A stretch of DNA of 61,441 bases, the filler included, from Ginglymostoma cirratum (lineage: Eukaryota), in the NCBI GenBank assembly GCA_024137785.1. It is 2 parts of 2 records of this genome, joined end to end, with 100 filler letters (N's around TTAATTAATTAA, not from the genome) between each part and the next. Parts side by side here need not be neighbours in the genome. Positions count along the whole stretch, not along the records: positions 1 to 31,430 come from JAHRHZ010000019.1; 1 more part is not named here. One strand, written 5' to 3'. The position numbers and the translations under genes were made by a program. Under the pieces are notes generated by a model that made no database searches, had not been told where the DNA came from, and worked only from the letters and a program-made list of their open reading frames with translations. The stretch's first letter is position 1; every line of letters begins with the position of its first letter. Shown piece after piece: positions 1 through 12,849 of this stretch.

Positions 1-839
1 TGAGCTCAACATGTCATTGGAAGAGCAACATCTGTATTGCTGTTCTCAGCACACATTGGAGGAGGTGGAGGGACAGTGCAGTGATGGGGCAGATGGAAAT
101 ATTGAGCAGGTTTCTGAGGGTGAAATGATGATAGTGAGGTGCTCAGGAATGGTGCCCTGGGGACACAGCAGAGATGCTCATAGACTGGAGGAGAAAGCAT
201 TGGTGCTGGGAGGAAGCTGATGATGAGAACAGTCAGAGAGGGACCCTGAGAGACCAGTGCCGGGACCTGCATTGTGTCCCCAAGACTTTCCAACAGAAAG
301 AAGGGCTCAATGGCATTCAAAGGAGTGGAGAGGTGAGGGGATATGTGGAGGGAGAAACAAGTGAGATGTGCAATCATACCGAGATCAGTTGTGATGTTGA
401 TCAGTGGGTGCTCAGTGTTGGGCCTGAGAGTGAATCTGGATTCCAGGACCTGGGAGTGGGTAGGAGCTGGCTCCCCATTGCAAGAGGCAAGATGCGGTCA
501 GATGTCTTCTCTGGATTGTGGAGTCAGAGGGACTCCATGTGGTGCTAATGATTGGCCTGGGAAGGAGCATTGTTGATTGGAGGGGCTTCGTGCTCACAGT
601 TCCCTCCCACAAGCAGTCGGCCATTCGAATCAATTTTCTGATATTTCATTGATTTTCTTAAGAAGCAATTATTTCGATATGATACATTAATGACACAGAT
701 AAAAAAGGTTTCCATCAGTGACAGTGGGGGATGATTCACTGGGACAAGAGGACAAACAGGACAACAGAGCAGTGTGTTTCAGTGTTGTTACCAAGGCAGG
801 GGTGGGGTGGGGGGGGAGGTGGATCCTACTCTCTATAAT

Positions 840-1210
840 TAGAACATAGAACATGGAACATGCAGCAGTGCGGCACAGGAGCAGGCCCTTCAGCCCACCA
901 TGTCAGTGCCAACCATGATGCTATTCTAAATAAATCCCAGCTGGCTGCACACGATCCATAGCCCTGTATTCCCTGCCTGTTCATGTGACTGTCTAAATGC
1001 CTCTTCAATGTTGTTTTCGTATCTGTTTCTACTACCTCCCCTGGCAGTGCATTCGAAGGCACCTACCACCGCCCACGTAAGAAACTTTGCTCACATGATC
1101 TTTAAACTTGCCCCCTCTCACCCTAAACCTACGCACCCCGGTTTTTGACATTTCCATCCTGGGACAAAGGCTCTGTTTATCAACCCGATCCATCCGTCTC
1201 ATAATTTTGT
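840..1210 (-). mobile_element. CR1 LINE 3' fragment
   Basis: agaacatagaac tail; the minus frame resembles the CR1 ORF2 C-terminus (NALPGEVVETDTKTTLKRHLDSHMNRQGIQGYG). Confidence 0.6.
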
Positions 1211-1783
1211 GGAGGATTTGGAGACGGTACGGAAGATGTTGTCTGAGTTAATGTGAATTAGCTATGAGGAGAGATTAGACAAACATGAATTGTTTTAGCA
1301 GGAGTCTTGGATGCTGAGGGACAACCTGATAGAAGTGTGTGTGAGACAGACGGCAGGATTGGTGAGACACGGTGTTCGGGGGCTGATGTATGAAGTGGGA
1401 TTGTCAGAAGCTGGATCCTGAGTCTCTGAGCAGCTTTTGGGCACAGGGTCAGTTGGTAATTGGGCAATGCCCAAAGTCAGTGAATTCTCAGGAGCTCTGT
1501 GTATCAGAGGTGAAGCATTATCGTAGAAGCAGGCCAAAATGGCGATGAGATTCTGAACAGAGTTAATATTGTTTAATACACTGTTTATTTAATTTTTTTG
1601 GTTTATTTTGATGGATTTTGTTTGATCTGAATCAGTCGTAGATGCAGCTCAATGATTTAGTGCAACAACCTGTTCTTTCTGTTTAATTCAAAACTCTTGC
1701 CACCTTATCAGATCCTTTCAATACGTTGGCGCAGAGAATCTGCTCTTGTGGGAATAAATTTATTGTTATCTTTTTCTTTAAAG

Positions 1784-2122
1784 GTATCACTGGTCCAGTC
1801 CTTCTACAGTCTCTGAGCCTAGAACGTGTCACCGAGGGTCACGCTGCCTGGTTACAGTGCACCAATGTAACAGTGGCACACATCGATGTTCACAGGTACC
1901 GGCTGTGCCTGGAGCAACTTATGAAGCAGATTTTAACACATCCAAGAATTGGCTCCACACACGGGAGACCAGGATTCACTGAGCGATTCCAGCCTTCCAG
2001 AGACCTCTCCAGCAACGGTTTCATTCTGACCATCACAAATGTGCAGCCCAGTGACACTGGGGTCTATTATTGCTCAGAGCAGGGAAGGATCTATGGAAGG
2101 GGAAGCCAACTCAATATCACCA
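1784..2122 (+). CDS. Germline-joined VJ-type Ig V-domain exon (V1) of a non-rearranging antigen-receptor-like gene, left copy
   Basis: Acceptor tttctttaaag|GT at 1783/1784 and donor ACC A|gtaag at 2122/2123, both phase 1. Open frame GITGPVLLQ...WLQC...DVHRYR...GFTERFQPSRDLSSNGFILTITNVQPSDTGVYYCSEQGRIYGRGSQLNIT has both canonical Cys, DxGxYYC and a J-like YGxGS in the same exon. The conserved Trp is replaced by Arg. Confidence 0.85.
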
Positions 2123-4844
2123 GTAAGTAGAGATAACATGACAATCTCCTCCCGCAATAACCTCTTGCCCAATGAATGAATTGGAGATCAGTTTGTGATC
2201 AAGACCATTGAGGAGGTGTTGGAGAGTGATCTTGGGGATGGATTCACTGTCAGGAGGAAACTAAGTTCAGGTTCACCAATTGTTTCAATTGTTTCGTAAG
2301 ATGACGGTGTCAATGACTGGGTCAGCATTTATTGCCTATTCTTAATTGCCCTTGACAAGGTGATGGTGAGCTGCCTTCTTGAACCACTGCAATGGCCCAT
2401 TGGTTGACATTTCTGGTTTTAAGTCAGGCTCCTACACAATCTATTAAGATCCTGCTAAACAGCTCTTCAAAAGCTGTGATTGGAATTAAAGGTGAAGCTT
2501 TAACTGAGGGTTGGGGATTCCCCAAGTCATGACATGGACCAGCTTGTCTGGTAAAATGTAACATCTTTATATAATCCTGACCAATAGAAATGTTTTAATA
2601 TTTTAGATTGTGTTCTTCATCCATAAATGACCTGCCATTGGAATTTCATGAGCCAAGTTGTGAAACTTCATTCTGATCTTCAGATGGACCGACCACCTGA
2701 TGGACCACGGTCCATTGCTCATTGCATGGTATTTGGGGTGGACTCCATTTCCTCACTAATACTTCAGCTTTCAAGCAATAACGCTCAGAGGCTGTTCCTG
2801 ATTCCATTTCTGAGGACAAAAACAGAAATTGTTGGAAAATCTTAGCAGGTCTGGCAGCATCTGCAGAGAGAAATCAGAATGAATGTTTCAGGCCTAGTGA
2901 CCCTTCTTCAGAACTGATGGTAGCGAGTGAAAGGATGGTTTAAATACAGAAGATGGGCTGGGAGATGGGGAGTAGAGTAAACAATAGGTGGAGATAGAGC
3001 CCAAATGGAGAGAAAAATAGTTGGATAGACAAAGGAATGGTTAAAGGTCAGTCAAGGGGGAATGACCAGGTACTAATGGGGACAATTAGTGGGTGACAAT
3101 GGGTGGTGTTTATAACAGGCCATGTAACAACATGGGGGAATTCACGGGGAAAGATGACCAAGCTCTATAATTGCTGAACTTGATATTAACTTCAGAAGGC
3201 TGCAGGGTTCCCAAGTGGAAAATGAGATGTGAGATTCCAGCTTGCACTGAGCTTCGCTGGAGACTGCAGCCAGCCTGAGACAGATGTTAGTCAGACAACA
3301 TATGGTATGTTGAAATGGCAATCAACTGGATGTTTAGAGTTGTTTTTGCGGACAAAGCATAGGTGTTCTGCAAAGCGATCACCCAGCCTGCGTTTTTCTT
3401 ACCTAATGAAGAGGAAACTATATTGTGAGCAGTGAATAGTTTGTCTCCTCACAGAATACAGAGAGGCCTGGATAGAGTGGACATGCAGAAGATTTTTGAA
3501 CTTCTAAGAGAGACTAGGATCTGGGACTATAGTCATAGGGTGAAGGGATGACCCTTTAGAACTGAGATGATGAGGAACATCTTCAACCAGAGGGGGATGA
3601 ATCTGTGGAACTCATTACCGCAGAGGGCTATGGAGGCCAAGTCATAGAGTTTACTTAAGACAGAGATGGCTAGGTTCTTAATGAGTAAGTGGATCAAGGC
3701 ATCAGGTACCTTCGGTTGTCTTACTCACAGATAGAATAAACTGTTTCTCCTCTTAGACTAGTTCCTCAAACTCAAACTCTTTCTATTCTCCCTGTCTCTC
3801 TGCTTCTCCATCTTGTTTGTTGCCAGTGTTGTATTTAACATTCTCTTGTCTCTATCTGGTTTTGTTTCATTCACTCTTGGGACATGGCCATTCTTGGGTT
3901 GGCCAGCACTTGTCCATCTCAAATGGCCTTTGAGAAGAAATGTCTTCATCCAGAGACTGGGGAGCCTGTAGAATTCTCTCCCACAGAAAGCAGTTGAGGT
4001 CAAAACGCTGAATATTTTCAAGTATGAGTTAGATACAGTTTTTAGGGCTAAAGGGATCAAAGAGTATGAGGAGAAAGCTGGAACAGGGGACTGAGTTAGA
4101 TGATCATCCGTGATTATGTTGAAAGGGGTTGCAGACAAAATGGGCTGAATGGCCTACTCCAGCTCCTGTTTTCTGCGTTTTGTGAAGGTGATGGTGAGCT
4201 GCCTTCCTGAACTGCTGTGGTCCACTTGGTGTTGGGACATTTGACCCAGTGACATGAAGGAAGGATGATGATATATTTCCCAGTCCGAATGGTGAGTGCC
4301 TTGGAGGGGAACCTGAAGGAGGTGGTGTCAGATGTGTCTACTGTCCTTGCCTGTGGGTTCAAAAGCTACTGTTGGAGGAACCTTGGTGAGTTACTGAAGG
4401 GCATCTTGTAGATTATACATGCTGTGCATTGGTGTTAAAGGGGGTGAATGTTGATTGTGTTAGTTGAGGTGCCAATCAAGTGGCTGCTTTGTCCTGGATG
4501 GTGTGAAGCTTCTTGTTGGAGCTGCACCCATCAAAGCAAGTGGTTATATCATCACCCTGATTTCTGCTTAGTCGATAGATGGGACGCAGGCTGTGGGAGT
4601 CAGAGTGTGAGTTACTCACCTTGACCTGCTCTTGTAACCACAATATTTATTACACTGCTTCCGTTAATGGATAGGTCAATGGGAATCCTCAGGATGTGGT
4701 TCATCAGGGAATTTTTTTTTCCTTATTTTTTCATGGGATGTGTATCTCGTTGGCAAGGCCAGTATTTGTTCCTCAGCCCTAATTGCCCTCAAACTGAATC
4801 ACTTTCCTGTTCATTTCAGAGGGCAATAAGAACGATCTAATTGG

Positions 4845-5190
4845 GGGAGGCAATGGCCTAGTGGTATTATCGCTGGACTGTTAATCCAGAGACCCAGTTA
4901 ACATTCTGCGTACCCGAGTTTGAACCCTCTCATGGTAGATGGTGGAATTTGAATTTAATAAATATCTGGAATTAAGAATGTAATGATGGCTGCGAATCCG
5001 TTTTCAATTGTTGTAAAACCCATCTGCTTCACTAATGTCCTTCAGGGAAGGAAATCTGCCATCCTTACCTGGTCTGGGCTACATGTGAATCCAGGCCCAC
5101 AGCAATGTGGTTGACTCTTAACTGCCCTATAGGCAATAAATGCTGCTTAGCCAGTAAAGCCCTCATCCCAAGAATGAACAATGGAACAAA
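4845..5190 (+). mobile_element. tRNA-derived SINE
   Basis: A-box-like tggcctagtggta, B-box-like gagtttgaaccc, A-rich tail; second copy at 11545-11882. Confidence 0.65.
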
Positions 5191-5277
5191 AAAATTGCAG
5201 TGAGTCTGGAGTCACATGCAGGCCAGACCAGGTAAGGATGGCAGATTTCCTTCCCTGAAGGACATTAGTGAACCAGA

Positions 5278-6029
5278 GATAAAAGGTACTGCAGATGCTG
5301 GAGAATCCGAGATAACACGCATGGGGCTGGATGAACACAGCAGGTCAAGCAGCATCATAGGAGCAGGAAAACTTGACGTTTCGGGCCTAAACCCTTCATC
5401 AGAAATGGGGGAGGGGGAGAGGGTTCTGAAATAAATAGGGAGAGAGGGGGAGGCGGATAGAGGATGGATAGAGGAGAGGATAGGGCAACAAACAACTGCA
5501 CCTCCCAGTCGCGAACCATTTCAACTCCCCCTCCCATTCCTCAGATGACATGTCCATCCTNNNNNNNNNNNNNNNNNNNNNNNNNNNNNNNNNNNNNNNN
5601 NNNNNNNNNNNNNNNNNNNNNNNNNNNNNNNNNNNNNNNNNNNNNNNNNNNNNNNNNNNNNNNNNNNNNNNNNNNNNNNNNNNNNNNNNNNNNNNNNNNN
5701 NNNNNNNNNNNNNNNNNNNNNNNNNNNNNNNNNNNNNNNNNNNNNNNNNNNNNNNNNNNNNNNNNNNNNNNNNNNNNNNNNNNNNNNNNNNNNNNNNNNN
5801 NNNNNNNNNNNNNNNNNNNNNNNNNNNNNNNNNNNNNNNNNNNNNNNNNNNNNNNNNNNNNNNNNNNNNNNNNNNNNNNNNNNNNNNNNNNNNNNNNNNN
5901 NNNNNNNNNNNNNNNNNNNNNNNNNNNNNNNNNNNNNNNNNNNNNNNNNNNNNNNNNNNNTCAAGTTTTCCTGCTCCTATGATGCTGCTTGACCTGCTGT
6001 GTTCATCCAGCCCCATGCTTGTTATCTCT
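5278..6029. mobile_element. Penelope-related insertion with inverted ends and 17-bp target-site duplication (spans 400-N gap 5561-5960)
   Basis: gacattagtgaaccaga at 5261-5277 and 6030-6046. The ends are reverse complements of each other (ggggctggatgaacacagcaggtcaagcagcatc). Absent from the paralogous arm. Confidence 0.6.
5375..5402 (-). ncRNA. Minimal type-I hammerhead ribozyme motif in Penelope-type repeat
   Basis: Minus strand reads CTGATGA-A-GGG-TTTAGG-CCC-GAAA-CGTC: conserved core, short helix II and palindromic helix III ending in GUC. Confidence 0.6.
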
Positions 6030-7719
6030 GACATTAGTGAACCAGATGGGTTTTTACAACAATTGATGGGAACATTGGGAATTCAGGTGACATGTTTCCA
6101 GCTCTCAGTTAGCCTGGCATTGTTGTGTGTTATTATGTCATAAACCGTTTATAACTAAATTCAATAAAGAGGGAAAATGGCTTGTGCCTTGTTTGGGAGA
6201 AGCTGTTGCCCATGAGAAGTCTGGGTGGTATAAGTTGTGACTCTGTAATTATCTAATGCTGTGTTCTCATAGTGAAGGGTTCAGTACCAAGGCTGCACAC
6301 AGTAATGCTTTCTTAACCTTACTCCATCAGCCTGTATTTATCTTTCAAATTGTGATTTGAGACTTTAACAGAATACAAATAGATAACACAGTGTGGAGCT
6401 GGGGGAGCACAGCAGGACAGGCTGCATCAGTGGAGTAGGAATGTTGACATTTCATGTCGGGACCCTTCTTTAGAGAAACTTCCTTCAGAAAAATATTCTT
6501 CAGAAAAGACCTGAAATGTCAATTTTCCTACTCCTCTGATGCTGCCTGGCCTGCTGTGCTCCTCCAGCTCCACACTGTGTTATCTCTGAGTCCAGCATCT
6601 GCAGTTCTTACTGTATCAGAACACAAAGGGATTTGTTTGGTAGAATCTTATTGAATTCCATAGGCATTCACTCCCATTAGCCAATTCCACATAAAAACCG
6701 GATCTATATCTCAATGTCATTTAAACTAAAGGTTAAATTGGGTTCCAGTGTAACTCGTTAAGATGTGAGTAATTTTTCAAGGAAATTCCAAACTCTTAGC
6801 TCTCAAGTCTTTGGGCTGTCATTTCCCACAATCCTCTACAGCTCCCTGGTCTGTTCAATGACACCCACCTCCACCCCAATGTCCCTGTCCTGAGCTAACC
6901 CCTTCCTCATACCTGCCCTGATTACTCCCCTTCTTATGACCCTTTTTAATCCCTTAGCCCAAGAGACACTGACAGAGGGACATAGGAACAGGAGTAGGCC
7001 AAACAGCCCATCAAGCCTGTTCTTCCACTCAATGAAATGATGGACGATCCGACTTCAATATGAACTCTACATTCCTTCTAATCCCTGTTAGTCTTTCATC
7101 CCCTGGGAAATTAAGAATCTACTTCCCTCAGCCTTAGAAATGTTTAACAATTCTGCATCATTGGCCTTTTGACAAAGGGAATTCCAAAGACACACAATCC
7201 TCTGAGAAAATAAACTTTTGTTCATCTCTGTCTTAAATGTGCATCTCTTATTTTTAAACTCTGCCCCCTAGAGCCAGACTCTTCCACAAAAAGAACCATC
7301 CTTTCCTCACCCACCTGGTCAAGTCCCCACTGGATCTTATATGTTTCAATGAAGTCCCCTCTGAACCCCATGGAATCCAATTTGAACGCATCTGGTAAGT
7401 GTTTGCAGCTCGAGGGAGTTCAGAACTGAGTTGAGGAGCTGGACGCTGAGCTTCAGACAATATGTTACATTACAGAAGGGGAAAGTTCCCTGGAAACCTT
7501 TCTCCAGAGGCTGTTCACATCCCTCGGATTAGGGAATTGGAGATTAGCCATGGATCAGGGACAGATCGCTGTGACTGTTGGTGAGGCCAGTATGGGTCAC
7601 AGGCCTTTCTAACAGTGAACCCAGTGGCATACGTTTCTGTTTGGGTCCTGACCCCAAATATTTCCCGACTGAGGAATGATAACCTGGGTCAGTAATGAAG
7701 GGGAAAATCTGAGATTCAA

Positions 7720-7772
7720 CTGCAGTGTGTGGAGCTACATCTATGGAGGAGGGAGCCAGCTCAATGTAACTG
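7720..7772 (+). pseudogene. 3' remnant of second VJ exon (V2), left copy
   Basis: CSVWSYIYGGGSQLNVT G|gtaag is nearly identical to the end of the 27835-28182 exon. Upstream sequence matches right-copy intron (~28800), so about 0.9 kb including the acceptor is deleted. Confidence 0.85.
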
Positions 7773-8227
7773 GTAAGTCAATGGGAGGGAACACTGGTGT
7801 GAACAGGGAAGGGAGCTGTGCTTCATTAGTGGAAGGGCAGAATGGTCATGAAGGCCAGGTATTCCCAAGGCAGGATGGAGCGTAACCTGAAGGGAAACCT
7901 GCAGTGTGTGGTCTTCCTATATATATGCTGTCCTTGTTCTCTAGAAGGAGAAGGTCATGGGTTGGAAGGTGGTCTCTGAGGATCTCTGGTGAATTTCTTT
8001 AGTGCATCTTGTAGGTAGTACACAGCAGGGAGTCAGTGGTGAAGACGATGGATGCTTGTGGATGTGGTTTCATCACATTCCTGACCTGTGCCTTGCAGAT
8101 AGTGGATAGGGTTTGGGGAATGAGGACGAGAATTACTATCAGAAGAACTCAAAATTAATGTTATTGACAATCTTGTACATTGCTCAGGCTACAGCGGCTG
8201 TGTGTGTAACAATCTGATATTTTACAG

Positions 8228-8378
8228 AAGAATCTTCCCATGGTATTCTTTGGACTTCAGATCCCATTTTAATCACTGGTAGTATTCTGTGCTTCGCTGT
8301 CTTGATCTGCATTGTCCTGCTTACAGTTTTCCTTCTGAAACAAAAGCTGTGTTCATCAGTAAAGGACTCCACACAAGG
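8228..8378 (+). CDS. Transmembrane exon of the VJ-type receptor, left copy (open frame)
   Basis: tttacag| phase-1 acceptor; translates ESSHGILWTSDPILITGSILCFAVLICIVLLTVFLLKQKLCSSVKDSTQ (hydrophobic stretch plus basic stop-transfer); donor gg|gtaaat at 8379. Not in the ORF track. Confidence 0.75.
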
Positions 8379-8725
8379 GTAAATCCCATTTCATCTTGGA
8401 TTTGATTCTGTCACTGTACATTTATTGTTTTCGATCTTGGGACAATTGTTTTTAGTAAGTGATGGTATTCCCACTGTACTGTACAGATCCATTGTAAATG
8501 GTGGATCAGTGACTGTCGAGACCATCCCACGAGTCCAGATGCCCACTCACTGCCAGTTTGCTCCATCTCTGGTATCACACACCTTCTGATGCCAGGCTGC
8601 AGGCATCTGCTGGTGACAGTCAGAAAAATTTGAATGGGTCAAGTATCAGACAGCACCTGCAGGATCCCCAGTAGGTACAGGATCATTACCCACCGAGCCC
8701 AGTGTCAGGGTCTGCCTTGGTGCTG

Positions 8726-10407
8726 GTGAGAGATTATGTAGAGATCTGGAATCAGTTCTCCTGGTCTCTCTCTGTTCCAGGGAAGTAATGAACTAGAAAC
8801 ATGAGCTGTCATGGAGTGCAAATGTTTTTGTCTTTTGTGTTTGTGATTGTGCACTGAAATGGGAAATTAACTGTTTTACAAACCAAGGATCTTTGAGGGA
8901 TTGCTGCACTTTCTGAAATCAAATAAACTAAATCTCATTGTAAGTGCTGGTGAAACAGCTGCTTGTCGTGGCAGTAGTGGGAGAGGGTTTACATACCATA
9001 CAGCCACATACCTGTACAGCATTAAGCAGAACTTTCAGTCCACCTCAGCCATGTCAACCAGATATCCAAAATTAATCTAGTCCCATTTGCCATCATTTGG
9101 CCCATATTCTTCTAAACCCTTCCTATTCATGTCCCAGAATTTATCATTTTTATAAAAGTATCATTCAGAGGAATTGTCGGCTATAGGAAACAATTTTCTT
9201 GCCCAAATCTAATTATTCTCAGGAAGGTCGCTGCAAGCTAACACCTTCAGCCGCTGCTTAGGGTGTAGAGATACCCCCAGATGTGTAAAGAACAGAGTTG
9301 TAGGGTTTTGACCCAGTGACAGTAAAGGAACAAGGATATATATCCAAATCAGGAGGGGAATTGCTCATAGGGAAACTTTGAAAGTGTGGTATTCCCCCAT
9401 GCATCTGCTGCCATTGCTCTCTGAGGTCAAAAGCTTTCGAAGGTGCTGTTGAAGGAAACTTCCTGAGGTACTGATTTCTGATTTGGAACAGAGAGTAATT
9501 CCTGACAAATGTTGCGATAATGATTGAATTACTTTACTTACCATTTACTGTTTTATTAACAGCTTTCTGGTATCCATCAGGCTTCTAAATAAATGCTACA
9601 CATTAGGTATATTGCATATTTATCACAGAACAACACTGTAATCTTCACACTCTCGGTGTTGACGAATTTTACACTCTGCACCACAAAGTTTTGAGACCAG
9701 CTTAAAGACGAAAAGGATGATCTAGAAACTTGGAAATGCAGAAAAGAGCAGAATTTGTATGAACAACCAAGACTTTGACCAAAACCAGATGGCTTTCTGG
9801 GAAACTTGGCCAAATTGTGTTGTTTCCATCTACAGAAAAGAAAGATTTTTTCCAGAGACTTGTGGCACTCTCAGCTGGTTAAGACTGAGAAAATACTGAG
9901 GGAGAGAACTGCAACAACTCACTGCGATGCTGCCCAGGGTAAACAAATATAAACACAAAGAAAGACTTCAGAATGTCTTTATGCAAAGATAAATTCTGGG
10001 ACATGAATAGGAAGGGTTTAGAAGAATATGGGCCAAATGATGGCAAATGGGACTAGATTAATTTTGGATATCTGGTTGACATGGCTGAGGTGGACTGAAA
10101 GTTCTGCTTAATGCTGTACAGGTATGTGGCTGTATGGTATGTAAACCCTCTCCCACTACTGCCACGACAAGCAGCTGTTTCACCAGCACTTACAATGAGA
10201 TTTAGTTTATTTGATTTCAGAAAGTGCAGCAATCCCTCAAAGATCCTTGGTTTGTAAAACAGTTAATTTCCCATTTCAGTGCACAATCACAAACACAAAA
10301 GACAAAAACATTTGCACTCCATGACAGCTCATGTTTCTAGTTCATTACTTCCCTGGAACAGAGAGAGACCAGGAGAACTGATTCCAGATCTCTACATAAT
10401 CTCTCAC
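8726..10407. repeat. Inverted repeat: 420-bp arms (8726-9145 and 9988-10407) around an 842-bp spacer
   Basis: gtgagagattatgtagagatctgg...gtcccagaatttatc is the reverse complement of gataaattctgggac...ctacataatctctcac. No mismatches in spot checks. Confidence 0.9.
9542..9829 (-). pseudogene. Candidate cytoplasmic-tail exon block of left copy, currently antisense to V1/TM
   Basis: Homologous to 24410-24706. Both keep a polypyrimidine-AG acceptor (9829 / 24706), a CTAAT...TAG acceptor before a 43-nt exon (9542-9584 / 24410-24452) and G|GTAAG donors. Reading frame uncertain. Confidence 0.45.
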
Positions 10408-11544
10408 ACACTCATTAGGGGCTATTGGATAGCAGCTCAGCGTGGCTCATCTCCAATTTGCCCAGATGGTGACCAGTGACTGATCATTCAGCATGGAAGA
10501 AAAAACACTCCAATTGGCAAGTGAGAAGTACTGTCCAACTTGCCTTGTGTAATTCAAATTGAGGGTTCAGTCTGACTGGAATGTTCAGGTCCAAGTATTC
10601 CTGATTTTGTTCCTGATTTTGCCTGTGGGATGTATCTCTCTCCCAGAGCTCTATTCCTCTTCCACTCGGCTGTACCGTCAGCTGCCCACAGCTATGATTT
10701 GGAAATTGTTTGACAAATTAACCACTTTCATGGAAATAGAAACATTTCAAGACTGTAATTCCTGACTGTCTAATCAATATTGTCATCTCTCATTTCACAA
10801 TGATTAATGGACCCAATCTTCCTTGGTTCCATTTTATAACAAAATGTGAAAAATTCTCCAGTGGATTCTGACTCAACATATATGGTAAATATCTCGCACT
10901 GCAATTAACATCTGGGTTTTACAAATTCACCCAATTCCCAAAGAGTCCTCTTTCTGAAATTCCATTGGTCCCATCATCTGATTGATATCTCTATTCACCA
11001 ATCACCACCAGTGAGAATGGGCTTGGTGAGGAGCAACCAGATTATGCACCATGCTGGATTCCCAACTTGATTACTGGGATCTCGTTGCTCAGGTTTCATA
11101 TCACTGTCTCCACTCTCTAATTTCATTGTTTTTCAATCCCAGGGTCAGACCACCATCCTCCTAGTCTGTCCTGGATGCCCCAAGTTCAAGCCTCATTCTC
11201 TGCCACTCGGCACCACTGACTATAGGCTTTCCCTTCTTCCCTCATGCACAGTCCTCTGGTCTCCTCAGTCACTGCCAACCTCAGGAGCTAGGTGCTGTCA
11301 TAACTGCATTTCACAATCCTCAAAAAGAAAGAGCATTTTCCATTTATATTACTCGTCTCACAACCTCAGCATGGCGTGGGAGTCTTTACACTGAGTGAAG
11401 TCATTTGAAGTGTGGTCACTGTTGTCAGAAAGAGAGGAATGAATTTAATCGCAGCAAGGTCACTGGGAGAACAATGCTGCTTAAAATTAGAAGAACATAA
11501 GAACTAGGAGCGAATGTAACGCCAACAGCACCGCAAAGTGTGTA

Positions 11545-11882
11545 GTCGATGGCCTAGTAGTAATGTCACTGGACTGTTAACCAACATGTTCTGGAGACCC
11601 ATGTTCAAATCCTGCTATGGCAGATGGTGGAATTTGAATTCAATTAAATTCTGTAATTAAGAATCTAATGATGACCACGAATCCATTCCTGGTGTAAAAC
11701 CCATCTAGTTCACCAATGCCCTTTAGTGAAGGAAACTGTCGTCCTTACCTGGTCTGGCCTACATATGACTCCAGACACACAGCAATGAGGTTGACTCTGA
11801 ACTGCTCTCTGGGCCATTAGGGATGAACAATAAATGCTGGATTGGCCAGCAATGCCCTCACCCTATGAATGAATAAATAAAA
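11545..11882 (+). mobile_element. tRNA-derived SINE (same family as 4845-5190)
   Basis: Collinear similarity to 4845-5190, ending gaatgaataaataaaa. Confidence 0.65.
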
Positions 11883-12849
11883 GCTGCTCCACCAGCTCCC
11901 CATTTGATAAAATCCTGGTGGATAATCGGTACCAATTCCACTTACCCATCTGCTCCCTATCTCCTGAAAATTCTGGGAGACACTAGCGGTCTGTCCATTT
12001 CAACTCTAAAATACTCCCAATGATGGAGCATCATCAACTCTCTAGTGGAGAGAATTCCAAAGATTAACAACCCTTTGAGGAAAGAAATTTCTTCCAAAAA
12101 TGTTATCAGTCCACCTGATCGTGAAGACAAGACTTCAGTTTGACACCTCATTGAAAAGCCTGTCCTGCTGACAATGCTGCACTGCCTCTGCACTGCACTG
12201 AGGAACCAGCTTGGATGGTACGATCAAATGTCAGGACTTGGCTTTCAATCCAAAATCTCCAGTCTCAAAAACAAATGTTTTTTCACTGAGCCGACAGTAA
12301 TAAATGAAGGAGGCTGTAAACATGGATCTGGTTCCAGTGAGAGAAATTCTTTTCCCCATAAGCAGCAAATATTGTTAGATTGTGAAATAATTCTAAATAA
12401 GCCATCATTGTGTCCATGTTAGTAGATCATAGTTTTTAACATTTCTCTTTTTCCTGTTAGGCATCGTAGCAACAAGATCACTCTATTTACAGTAAGCTTA
12501 AAGATATGTTTCTAATTTTGCCTCCAATAGGCTGTTTTACCTGATGCAACAATGTTTATGCTATCTCCCATAACATGACAATCTGGGTGTGGGGATAGTG
12601 TTATTGACAAGTCTAAAAGTTACTAATATGTACAGTGACTTCAGAAATGGAATACGCTCCTGTTATAGACAAAAATGACCTTCCTCAGGCTTGTCAATAT
12701 TTGGGCTAACATTAACAATTCGGTTGCACAGAGCAAGATTATTTCCAATAGAGTCTCACGCTTCATGTGATCTGATCCTGGATGGAATCTGAGATATTTG
12801 TACTCCCAGGTCACAGGCTGTGATGCGGTGAAGACATCATCAGCATGTA

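Larger units (their letters stand above)
3968..8728 (+). repeat. Segmental duplication arm A (inverted copy of ~26788-31268)
   Basis: Collinear reverse-complement matches through shared old repeats, intron, V2 end and TM exon (e.g. 4180-4260 vs 31070-30990; 8700-8728 vs 26815-26788). Confidence 0.85.

Noticed and set aside
1467-1509. Possible leader exon (MPKVSEFSGALCIR G|gtgaag), phase 1
   Set aside because: No hydrophobic core and a weak donor.
5399-6143. Long ORFs containing X runs
   Set aside because: Artefacts of the 400-N gap.
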